Shown here in pieces: positions 9,726 to 18,329 of a stretch of DNA of 64,000 nt (positions are counted from its first letter, which is position 1; every line of letters starts with the position of its first letter). The translations under genes and the position numbers were made by a program. The stretch lies in sequence record KY499642.1; one strand, 5' to 3'. Under the pieces are notes generated by a model, which was not told the origin of the DNA, did no database searches, and saw nothing but the letters and a program-made list of their open reading frames with translations.

Positions 9726-10146
9726 TACGACGACCATCACGTTGTACTTGGTCAAGGTCTACTGCATCGCCTACCTGTGACATTGCACCCTCAGTGATGT
9801 CAAACTTAGGTAGCAGTGACTCGTCAACAACTGGGCCAGTAGCACGGTTATCAACTTCACCGTCTCGACCATTGCGTGACAATTGACCAAGTGCGGATTC
9901 GATAATGTCGGCTGCACGTTTGTCGTTCTCGACACCCGCTTCCTCAACCATTACACGACGTTTGTTAAATACGGAACTATCGCTGTCTTTTAGGAAGCCC
10001 TTCAAGACATTGAGGGATTCGCTATCTCCGGGAATGCGCTTGTCTCCCGATTCACTCGTCGTCAGGTGGACAACGACGTCATGACGAAGTTTTTGGTTAA
10101 ACTCCAAATAATCTTCATCTTTCATAGGCGCGCTTTGTTCTGCCAT
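9706..10146 (-). CDS. Hypothetical protein (146 aa)
   Basis: SD aaggag upstream on the minus strand. Confidence 0.75.
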   Translation of the reverse strand: MAEQSAPMKDEDYLEFNQKLRHDVVVHLTTSESGDKRIPGDSESLNVLKGFLKDSDSSVFNKRRVMVEEAGVENDKRAADIIESALGQLSRNGRDGEVDNRATGPVVDESLLPKFDITEGAMSQVGDAVDLDQVQRDGRRIRKGEE

Positions 10147-10163
10147 AAAAGGACTCCTTTAAA

Positions 10164-10676
10164 ATGATGCTAAAGTATATCAGATATATTTTATCTACAC
10201 GAAGAGCTGCTAAGAAATATCAGCAACACACTGAACGGTTACATAAGATGTCAACAGATGATGTCATAGGAATCGCTCTGTGGTACTGTGAGGACTGGTT
10301 GGAGTATCGTAATACGTTTACCCTAGAAGATAGGTTAAGCCTCAAGATACGCCATAAGGCTCCAAATGCAGGCGCTGTTTTAGACGCTGTTCAATCAGTG
10401 TATGATGTGGTCATCAATTCCGATGAACGTTACATCAAGATGTTACCCGCGTGGTGCGACAACCGACCTAATGTCAAAGTGGCAGACAGATGGTTGGTTG
10501 ACGAAGGCGGTTATTTTGTTAAGTTGGAAAATGTAATTAAACAATTACATGAACAGCTGTCAGCGATTCATTCCGCTGTAAACGACCCTAAGAATGAAGA
10601 CTACAAATATCATTACACTAAAAAACCAAAGGCGGTATACGAAAGTGTAACCGACCTATTAAAACATTTCCATTAA
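10164..10676 (+). CDS. Hypothetical protein (170 aa)
   Basis: ORF divergent from 9706..10146. Confidence 0.7.
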   Translation: MMLKYIRYILSTRRAAKKYQQHTERLHKMSTDDVIGIALWYCEDWLEYRNTFTLEDRLSLKIRHKAPNAGAVLDAVQSVYDVVINSDERYIKMLPAWCDNRPNVKVADRWLVDEGGYFVKLENVIKQLHEQLSAIHSAVNDPKNEDYKYHYTKKPKAVYESVTDLLKHFH

Positions 10677-10706
10677 CCTACACACTGTTAAGTGCGAGGC
10701 CATATC

Positions 10707-11126
10707 ATGTCAAAGAGACATCTACAACGTGCGGTTGAAGATCCAGATGAGCAGATTCGTAAATCAAGCAATAACTTGCTTGGTCGAGTCTACTGGTCAC
10801 TAATTAGTAAATTAGGGATTACAGCCGCTTCTTTCAATGCGTCTTTAAACAAGTACGTACGTGACCCGAAGAACGTTCCTGAACAGACGGCACACAAACG
10901 TAGTGAGAAAATGTCTAACCTTACGGCGGAGTTAACTAACTACCAGCGGATGAGTTGGAACAAATTCTTCGAAGGTTTAAAGGCAGCAGAGATTGTACGT
11001 ATTCGTATAACGTTCGAAGCTTGGCGTGGTAAACGTCAGTTGTATGCGAAGACAGTTGTCGATACAGAACTATCTGAAATCGATACTGTTATTCAACAAG
11101 ACCCTGACGATTCTACTAAGGAGTAA
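10707..11126 (+). CDS. Hypothetical protein (139 aa)
   Basis: SD gagg then ATG at 10707. Confidence 0.7.
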   Translation: MSKRHLQRAVEDPDEQIRKSSNNLLGRVYWSLISKLGITAASFNASLNKYVRDPKNVPEQTAHKRSEKMSNLTAELTNYQRMSWNKFFEGLKAAEIVRIRITFEAWRGKRQLYAKTVVDTELSEIDTVIQQDPDDSTKE

Positions 11127-11129
11127 ATA

Positions 11130-12143
11130 ATGTCAACCCCACCAATTAAACCTACGGTGCATGGTGTAGACCCCAAGCAGTCCCCTGTTATCAAAGACGT
11201 CTATCATGACAATGTCTTAGAAAGTGCAAACGAGATCACGCAGGAGTCGCCCGTTAAACAGGCGGCTGCTGAATATCTTGACAACACCAATCTGGGTACG
11301 GATGATATCATCCCTACTATCAACGATTCCATCGGTAGTGACTCCGATGGTTTAACGTTTGATTTTGGTGAAGCTAAGAAACGTGTCGAGCGTGCTTTCG
11401 GTGCCAATGGTTCTACTACGGGACTGAGTTCTAAACAAAAGCGTGATATCGGTAACGCTTTGCAATCATTAACCGGAACCAAAGACAGTAAGCTAGCCTT
11501 TAACGATGTTACACGAATCATTCAAGGCGGTACTGACAACTTGAGCGCAAGTTCCGTCATTGATACCATCAACAGCATCAGTGGGCGTGGTGATGTCTTT
11601 AAGATGCTCGACCTTGAAGCACAAGCTGGCTTCATTCGTGGCATCACTGACACCATCATGGACTGGGGCATTCCTGAGCTACTCGACACCTTGCTCGATA
11701 GTCTGGAAGATTCCAAGTTAAAGAACGAGATGCTGGAAGAGAACGCCATTCGTGCTTCTCGTAAAGGTGACTTACATCAGACTAAACACTTCAGTGAAAA
11801 GATGGGACAGCAACGTTCATATGCTATCCATCGTGACTTAATCATCAACCTGATGAAGAACTACAAGATTCCTGATGGTGAAACTCGGTCATACGCTACA
11901 CTAGGTAATGCGTTGTTGGATTTCTTCGTATGGCTTAACCCAGTTTGGGATAAAGATCCGTACGATACAGGACTCGATTGTTTAGAATTTTACACGTACG
12001 CCAATACTAATGCGGAAGCTGTGTTGCGACGTACTCGTGTAGCAACTGAAGCAGCTTTGGGATCAAAGGTAAAAATAGAAAAACCGCTACAAACCGCTGG
12101 TCGATTATTCCCACAAATGTTGGAATGGTCACACGTCCAGTAG
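11130..12143 (+). CDS. Conserved jumbo-phage protein, possibly virion structural (337 aa)
   Basis: SD aaggag; long ORF. Function inferred from context only. Confidence 0.6.
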   Translation: MSTPPIKPTVHGVDPKQSPVIKDVYHDNVLESANEITQESPVKQAAAEYLDNTNLGTDDIIPTINDSIGSDSDGLTFDFGEAKKRVERAFGANGSTTGLSSKQKRDIGNALQSLTGTKDSKLAFNDVTRIIQGGTDNLSASSVIDTINSISGRGDVFKMLDLEAQAGFIRGITDTIMDWGIPELLDTLLDSLEDSKLKNEMLEENAIRASRKGDLHQTKHFSEKMGQQRSYAIHRDLIINLMKNYKIPDGETRSYATLGNALLDFFVWLNPVWDKDPYDTGLDCLEFYTYANTNAEAVLRRTRVATEAALGSKVKIEKPLQTAGRLFPQMLEWSHVQ

Positions 12144-12175
12144 ATTAGTGAACAACGCTTAATGAGATAACAACA

Positions 12176-12865
12176 ATGGCACAAATGAACATTGAGAACA
12201 TCGTAGTTGAATACGATGCGGACACCCGACAAGTTATTAAGATGGAAGATGCAGCAGGAAGCATCGACTTTTCTGACGAGTCGAAGTTGCACCCAGTTAA
12301 GTTTTATGCGCACCAAAGTGGACTGCAAATCGTAAACACTTACGCTGTTGATCAGCAAGTGCAAGTAGGTTGGCAAGAAAACCTCTGCGGTATGCTAGTC
12401 GAGTATCTGAATGCTCCGGCTTTGGCATATCGTCAAATTCACAACATGGCATGTCAAGAGTCTATTGCGCGCATGCGTAAGATTCTGGCTACTTACGTGA
12501 CACACCTAAGTCGTACTGACTCAAAAGAAGCGGCACAATGGGTTACTAAATACCTACGTGTCCTGATTGTGATTGGCAACAAAGAAATCACTGATAAGTT
12601 GGAAGAGGCTATCAACTCTGAAGACCAGTTGAACAACTTTGTGGCTGCGTTGACTCCATACATGGATAAACCAGTTCTTGTTGCTAACTACATCAAGATG
12701 CTCGAAATCTACTTCGGTTACGTTAATCGTGACAAAGTGACTTACGAGCTACTGTTGAACATTCCTCTCAAAGAAGCTAACTCTCGTGAAGCGCCTGCAT
12801 CGATTCGTCACTGGGCACTTGAAAACGAACTGATTACTGAAGAACAAGCAGTAATTCACGGTTAA
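12176..12865 (+). CDS. Hypothetical helical protein (229 aa)
   Basis: ORF with codon usage typical of highly expressed genes. Confidence 0.75.
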   Translation: MAQMNIENIVVEYDADTRQVIKMEDAAGSIDFSDESKLHPVKFYAHQSGLQIVNTYAVDQQVQVGWQENLCGMLVEYLNAPALAYRQIHNMACQESIARMRKILATYVTHLSRTDSKEAAQWVTKYLRVLIVIGNKEITDKLEEAINSEDQLNNFVAALTPYMDKPVLVANYIKMLEIYFGYVNRDKVTYELLLNIPLKEANSREAPASIRHWALENELITEEQAVIHG

Positions 12866-12887
12866 CTATCGATGAGAGGGAACTTGC

Positions 12888-13817
12888 ATGGCGTATTTAC
12901 ACACAGCGCACTTAAGCACGGGAAAGGCTATTCCACGCAATGGTAATGTTATCTTTCTAGATACCACTGCCAAGTCTGGACGTTCTGATGTAGAGAAAGC
13001 GTTAGCTCCTACATGGGACTTAGTCTCGGGTTATAAGGCTGGTACGATTGATGAGAAACAATACACGAAGGAATACCTGATTCATTTGAATAAGGCTCCT
13101 CAGCATGTCATGAACTGGTTACATGAGTTGTCCAAGGACACTCGGTTCACTGATGTGATTGTTTCTTGTTACGATGGCGTAGGACGTTTCTGCCATCGCC
13201 ACATCTTACAACGTTGGCTTGTCAAAGTCTTTGGTTTCAAAGAAGGTTGGGAAGTCACTACGAAGGATGTGGAAATCATTACCAATCCTAACGGGTCTAT
13301 TCTTAGTCTTAGTAAATCAGATCACATCACACCAGATGCAGTCGCGAAGGAATTCGAAGACGAAATCAAATCCGGTGAGATTGCTTTGATTACGGAAGAC
13401 TATGTAGTTGACCTTTGTAAGAAACGTGGTAAATGTGTAGACATTAACACGGAATGTACGCTCGAACGAGCAATGTTGAATTGGATTGTGGTTTCTGAGA
13501 TAACCAAACCTCGGAAGGCAGAAGGAAAGCCAGTCACGTATATCGACACAACGCGTCTTATTGACACGATGTTCGAACCTGACGGGTTAAACCATAATCC
13601 ATCCTCTAACGTTGCAGAGTTAGTTCAAGGGTATGTTAATAATCGTGCAGTATGGAAACCACTGATTGTCACACCAGATCAATCACTGCGCCCGCTAGTT
13701 CAACGTTTCGGTTTCGAGTCGGTAGTAACTATCGGTAAGAGCTATGAGAATTTAGACCTTGCCGCTAGTATGGATACACTCTACGAAGAGGTAGTTCATC
13801 TGATATGCAATGCATAG
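12888..13817 (+). CDS. DUF488-like N-terminal domain plus unknown C-terminal domain
   Basis: LAPTWDLVSGYKAG...QYTKEY...VIVSCYDGVGRFCHRHIL matches the DUF488-type LAP..Y..Y..CY....CHR pattern. Confidence 0.7.
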   Translation: MAYLHTAHLSTGKAIPRNGNVIFLDTTAKSGRSDVEKALAPTWDLVSGYKAGTIDEKQYTKEYLIHLNKAPQHVMNWLHELSKDTRFTDVIVSCYDGVGRFCHRHILQRWLVKVFGFKEGWEVTTKDVEIITNPNGSILSLSKSDHITPDAVAKEFEDEIKSGEIALITEDYVVDLCKKRGKCVDINTECTLERAMLNWIVVSEITKPRKAEGKPVTYIDTTRLIDTMFEPDGLNHNPSSNVAELVQGYVNNRAVWKPLIVTPDQSLRPLVQRFGFESVVTIGKSYENLDLAASMDTLYEEVVHLICNA

Positions 13818-14356
13818 TTAGAGATGGGGTAGACTACAACCCCAACGATGATGGCATCACACACATCAATGTGTACAGTCAGGCTAACTCAGAGTTAGGT
13901 CGTTGGTTGTCTAACTTCACTGCGGTTGAAGTTGAATCTGAGATTGGCGGTACGTTCGCTTCTATGGAAGCGCTCTATCACTACTTGAAGATATTCCGCA
14001 CGTATACATTGAATCGCATGAATGCGCATCAAGATGTGGTTAAGAAGCTGGAAGAGTTGAAGACCAAAACTGGTCGTGACGCTCAAGTGTTAGGTCGAGA
14101 TATCAAACAAATGGTTCGTAAGAAAGGCGTATTCACATACGAAGTTCCTGACGAAGAGTTTGAACGTATTTTCACTAACGCTTTGGTCACTAAGTTAAAG
14201 TCGAATGAAGACATGCTTAGCCAATTGAAAGACGAAGTGAGTGACGGCAAGCCATTGCTACACTACTACGTGGTTGGCAAGAATACCTTGATTCACAAGA
14301 AGCACTTTGACTGGTTGCCTGACCGCATCATGGATGCGTTGGAGCAATGTTACTAA
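13805..14356 (+). CDS. NADAR-superfamily (ADP-ribose-processing) protein
   Basis: HINVYS...LGRWLSNF...TFASMEALYHYLK and AQVLGR match the NADAR SNF...E...K and GR motifs. Confidence 0.7.
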   Translation: MQCIVRDGVDYNPNDDGITHINVYSQANSELGRWLSNFTAVEVESEIGGTFASMEALYHYLKIFRTYTLNRMNAHQDVVKKLEELKTKTGRDAQVLGRDIKQMVRKKGVFTYEVPDEEFERIFTNALVTKLKSNEDMLSQLKDEVSDGKPLLHYYVVGKNTLIHKKHFDWLPDRIMDALEQCY

Positions 14357-14361
14357 AAGAA

Positions 14362-14394
14362 GAGAGGTGGTTCGCCACCTCTCCTTTTTTATTT
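14362..14394 (+). terminator. Rho-independent terminator
   Basis: gagaggtgg-ttcg-ccacctctc then a T tract. Confidence 0.85.
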
Positions 14395-14408
14395 GTTTGG
14401 AGATAATA

Positions 14409-14972
14409 ATGGATAGAATATACAACAAGTTTACATTCGTGTTTGGTTCGATGCTCGTACTGGCACTCAACCTAACATTCCCTAAACCAAGCATTGAGAT
14501 GATCACAATCAATCTCATTACCATGGGACTACTACTGCATGGTAGCTATTGGTTTGGTAAACACTTTGATGAACTGAGGTTCTTACGTAACCTTAAGTAC
14601 GACATGGTAAAGGCTGCCTTTTATCACGAGACAGGACAAGTCACATACCGCATGGAATTGAAAGGTCGCGGCGAATACTACTTTGTGTATGACCCACAAG
14701 CGAAAGTATACGCTGGTTTCAATTCACCACTTAAACACAGGAAATTCTTATATCCAAGGATGGCTAAAGTTATCCGCGATTTTGGATTACCTATACCTAA
14801 CATGGATATTCAAGATGGACATAACTACACTAGGCGCAATCACTGCCTTACTTGCTTCGACTCAATCGAAAAAGAACAAGGATGCCACTTCTTCAAAAAG
14901 AATGAGCGATTTCGAGAAGAGAAGGAAGCGGAAGGGTATAATTTCATCGATAATCAAAAAGTTGTCATCTGA
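14409..14972 (+). CDS. Membrane protein with two N-terminal TM segments (187 aa)
   Basis: SD ggag, ATG at 14409; hydrophobic FTFVFGSMLVLALNL and ITINLITMGLLL. Confidence 0.7.
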   Translation: MDRIYNKFTFVFGSMLVLALNLTFPKPSIEMITINLITMGLLLHGSYWFGKHFDELRFLRNLKYDMVKAAFYHETGQVTYRMELKGRGEYYFVYDPQAKVYAGFNSPLKHRKFLYPRMAKVIRDFGLPIPNMDIQDGHNYTRRNHCLTCFDSIEKEQGCHFFKKNERFREEKEAEGYNFIDNQKVVI

Positions 14973-15123
14973 TGGTGTGGGTCGTAATTCACCTTGTCCC
15001 TGTGGCTCAAATGTAAAGTATAAGAACTGTCACTTACGTCGCTTTGACGATGAGACGGTAGAGGCTGAGACAATCTTAGAGGAGCTTGGTCTAGTTATTG
15101 TGGAGAAAGATAATGAAGTTTAG
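14815..15123 (+). CDS. SEC-C (SecA zinc-binding) motif protein; start uncertain
   Basis: VGRNSPCPCGSNVKYKNCH matches the SEC-C consensus. The frame overlaps the 3' end of the upstream gene. Confidence 0.65.
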   Translation: MDITTLGAITALLASTQSKKNKDATSSKRMSDFEKRRKRKGIISSIIKKLSSDGVGRNSPCPCGSNVKYKNCHLRRFDDETVEAETILEELGLVIVEKDNEV

Positions 15124-15613
15124 AGCTAAACAATATGTGGAATACAATGCTGAATTCTTAGGCTGGTATTTCTTTAGCATGCTGACTTGCGGTTTAGTCG
15201 TTGGCGGACTATGGCATAGTCAGTGGGAGTATCGTCCGTATGCAATCATTGCATCACCTATCGTGTGGTTCTTCGTATTCTCAATTGTCTTCTGGGGTAA
15301 GTACCACACTGAGAAGCACGCTAGATACCTAGCATGTCATGCTAGACACTTTGCAATCATGACACCCATTACCGCACGTGACCATAAGTACACTTACTTC
15401 ATTGATGGTCCCGGCGGTAGGCAAATCGTCATGACGGAATGCGTCAACATGAAAGAGATTGAAATTATCAGGTCTGAGTACAAACCGCTATTTCCTAAGC
15501 TCTTTTATACGCAACTAATTCGTGACTTACGTTCCCACGGAACGCGTTACAAAATCGATATCAAAAACCTTAATCACATCACCCTTAGTCAAACTAAAGA
15601 AATCGTAGGATAA
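15113..15613 (+). CDS. Membrane protein with two TM segments (166 aa)
   Basis: SD ggag, ATG at 15113; two hydrophobic stretches. Confidence 0.7.
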   Translation: MKFRAKQYVEYNAEFLGWYFFSMLTCGLVVGGLWHSQWEYRPYAIIASPIVWFFVFSIVFWGKYHTEKHARYLACHARHFAIMTPITARDHKYTYFIDGPGGRQIVMTECVNMKEIEIIRSEYKPLFPKLFYTQLIRDLRSHGTRYKIDIKNLNHITLSQTKEIVG

Positions 15614-15618
15614 TAACC

Positions 15619-16143
15619 ATGTGCAGTCGTATTGTAGAAATGATTTACCTAGACGCAGTGAACGCATTAAAGTCGCCAATCAAATCGCCTAAGCTGATTA
15701 AGTTGGCACACGAAACCAAAGGTGTGGCTTACCGCGCTTTAAACACACCGGGCTCACACGACACCCGTGCATTACAAATCCATCGCCGTCTCTTAAATGA
15801 GATTCGTATTAACAACGTAGTTATCGATTTAGGTAACCGTGTATCGGCGATGCTTGACAATGTAGAAGAAGCACAGAAACTGGATGGTGCTAAAATCATG
15901 TGTCGCGATAATCGTTCCGCATTGATGATTGATAACCTACCGGGTTCTGGTGCACTACTCTCGGTTGAGATTGACGCGGATGTGTTACATGACCTGCCGT
16001 ACAACATTCAAAATGAGCGCGCATTGGCTAAGACCATTACGTCAGGATTCAGTCTGGCAAGTTGGCAACGTCGTGAATACCCAGACACAGTACGTGATAT
16101 TGCACATGCAGTTCTCTGCCGTGGTGGTATCACAAATCTATAA
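15619..16143 (+). CDS. Hypothetical protein (174 aa)
   Basis: SD agga; ends at a terminator. Confidence 0.7.
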   Translation: MCSRIVEMIYLDAVNALKSPIKSPKLIKLAHETKGVAYRALNTPGSHDTRALQIHRRLLNEIRINNVVIDLGNRVSAMLDNVEEAQKLDGAKIMCRDNRSALMIDNLPGSGALLSVEIDADVLHDLPYNIQNERALAKTITSGFSLASWQRREYPDTVRDIAHAVLCRGGITNL

Positions 16144-16149
16144 TGGCAC

Positions 16150-16188
16150 AAAAAAGAGGAGGGCTTTCGCCCTCCCTTTTATTTTTTT
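16150..16188. terminator. Bidirectional terminator
   Basis: A6, ggagggc-tttc-gccctcc, T tracts; between convergent genes. Confidence 0.85.
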
Positions 16189-16190
16189 GT

Positions 16191-18284
16191 CTAACGGGCA
16201 CTACCAGAGGTGAGTGCCGACAATGCCCTTGCAGGCATCGTATTCGCAATGGAGTTAGCGATCCTCCCTGACATAAACGCAGACTTCCACGACTGCTTCC
16301 ACTTATTCAAGTTAAAGACCATCTTCTCTAACGAGTAGGTCATTTGGTGAAGAGATGCACCGCCGATAGTCGCCATGTAGTCAGTGTACATGTTGTCATC
16401 ATCGAAGATGCCTGGGTCACGAATGATTGGCATGTGCATTACTTTTGATAAGTCTTTTACTGTGATTGTTACATCACATGCAAGCATCTTACCATCTGGA
16501 CGCCAACCCATGTTACCTACACCACGAGTAATCTGCACAGACTCAATCATGCCCAATCGGATGTTCTGACGACCACGTGAATACATTTCACACAGGAACG
16601 GTTGACCATACGTTTGTTTACCATTCGATAGCGGCAGACAACCTGCTAAGATGAACAGTAATGGCAGAGTGATGTCTTGGAAGATAGACAAGTCGTTACC
16701 ATAAGGTGTACGAAGTTGTAGAGTAAATGACTGTGAGCCCACTTCAGCGGTTGACGAGTCCCACACTTCTGGAATGTCAGTATAGGAACTGCCGTAGATG
16801 GCCGCTAAACCCGTGATATGCAAGGTATCAAGCATACCGCCCATGAAGTTCTTAACGCCCTTCATAGCGCTGTCTACGAAGTCAAAGCCAGTGTTACCAC
16901 CGGAGGTTGAAACTTCAAGAGAGCGAGCCTTAGATGACAAGCTGTTAAGCGTAGAGGAAATCTCTGGCTCTTTGAATGAGTTACTGAACGAGTCAGTCAT
17001 CTCAGACTTGTTATCTACACGGAATGTAATCCACTGACCACCGTCTTTCAATTCAGAGGCTAACTGCTCAGAGACGTTACCACCGAAGTCGAACAAACTA
17101 CCCCAGAACGTTTCGTTGGTTTGGTTCGGGTCTACTTTACCGTCTGTGGCTTTCTGCGCGTCGGACAAACGCGCTTGAAGTTGCTCATCGGTAATGCTGT
17201 CCGCAGACTGACCTTGACCAGACGCATAACGTTGTTTGATAGCTGACCATGCTTCGGAACGAGCCTTCTCATCTTTCTCATTGATTTGATACGCAGGGTT
17301 ATCTGCATACATCATCGCTAAGTTTTGGAGTGAGAGTGCTTGGTCGTTAATCTGCTCTTTCATGATAGCCGTACGTCGGGCATCATTCAGATACGTTTCC
17401 ATCATCTTCTGAAGTTCATCGTCGTCTTTTGCATTTGCATACAACTCTTCGATGGTCTTCGCCTGATAGTTGGCTAACGTTTGATAACGGTTTACTGCTT
17501 TATAGATGTCAAACTTACCGCTTGACTTCCAGATGTCAGGTAGTTGGCTATACACCTCTTCAATCGGGATCTTGTTTCCGTCTTCACCGACCTCTTGATA
17601 ACGGTCTGCGTTGAACGGTTCCCACATTGGCACCAACTGGTGATGCATAAGTTGTGTATCCGCCATTGCCTGCACAGCTTGCAGATACAAGTTCATCGTA
17701 GGCTTCATGTAATAGTAACGCGAAGGCTTCTTACCTAAAGCAAACTTCAAAACTTGTGCAGTTAGAATCAATGGGATAATTACACCCATCGGGATTGCGA
17801 TAAACATCGCTGCCAAACCTGTAGCGGTACCAAGGTCACGCATAACAGACGAATATTCGCCTGTCTTAGCTAACCGTGCGGCATCTCGGTCATACATGTT
17901 GGCAAAGAAAGCAATTGCACCCGTGTACTTAGGTACACCGAACCGGAAGTGGACGTATTGAGAGTTATCATCAATCACTTCTGAATAATGACGACCCATG
18001 CGATAACTACCAGCGTTGTTTTCATTCTCAAACATACTGGACTTGTCTTCGCTACTTGCACCTTCACGGAAATCAATGTTAGCCAATAGACCCGTGGCTT
18101 TGATATCGGCAAAACGGGTAAACTGCGGTGGTGGGTTAAGCGCTTGGTTACCGCCGAATGTCGTATCTCCGAACTTAAAGTTCGCAGAGGTTTTAGGAAC
18201 TGACAAGTTCCGGCGGTCGCGAGCCATTGGCGCTAGACCAAAGGCACCACGAATCCACTTGGCGTCATTAAGACGTTCCGCCAT
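16191..18284 (-). CDS. Virion structural (tail/baseplate) protein, phiKZ gp182-like
   Basis: 697 aa, directly downstream of the giant tail transglycosylase as in phiKZ synteny. Confidence 0.65.
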   Translation of the reverse strand: MAERLNDAKWIRGAFGLAPMARDRRNLSVPKTSANFKFGDTTFGGNQALNPPPQFTRFADIKATGLLANIDFREGASSEDKSSMFENENNAGSYRMGRHYSEVIDDNSQYVHFRFGVPKYTGAIAFFANMYDRDAARLAKTGEYSSVMRDLGTATGLAAMFIAIPMGVIIPLILTAQVLKFALGKKPSRYYYMKPTMNLYLQAVQAMADTQLMHHQLVPMWEPFNADRYQEVGEDGNKIPIEEVYSQLPDIWKSSGKFDIYKAVNRYQTLANYQAKTIEELYANAKDDDELQKMMETYLNDARRTAIMKEQINDQALSLQNLAMMYADNPAYQINEKDEKARSEAWSAIKQRYASGQGQSADSITDEQLQARLSDAQKATDGKVDPNQTNETFWGSLFDFGGNVSEQLASELKDGGQWITFRVDNKSEMTDSFSNSFKEPEISSTLNSLSSKARSLEVSTSGGNTGFDFVDSAMKGVKNFMGGMLDTLHITGLAAIYGSSYTDIPEVWDSSTAEVGSQSFTLQLRTPYGNDLSIFQDITLPLLFILAGCLPLSNGKQTYGQPFLCEMYSRGRQNIRLGMIESVQITRGVGNMGWRPDGKMLACDVTITVKDLSKVMHMPIIRDPGIFDDDNMYTDYMATIGGASLHQMTYSLEKMVFNLNKWKQSWKSAFMSGRIANSIANTMPARALSALTSGSAR

Positions 18285-18329
18285 GATAGCTCCTTATTTT
18301 TTTGTTGAAGATAAGGGGTGTTGCCACCC

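Noticed and set aside
10181-10203. Partial match to the early-promoter motif (cagatatattttatctacacgaa)
   Set aside because: It lacks TCAT and GTG and lies inside a CDS, so it was not counted.
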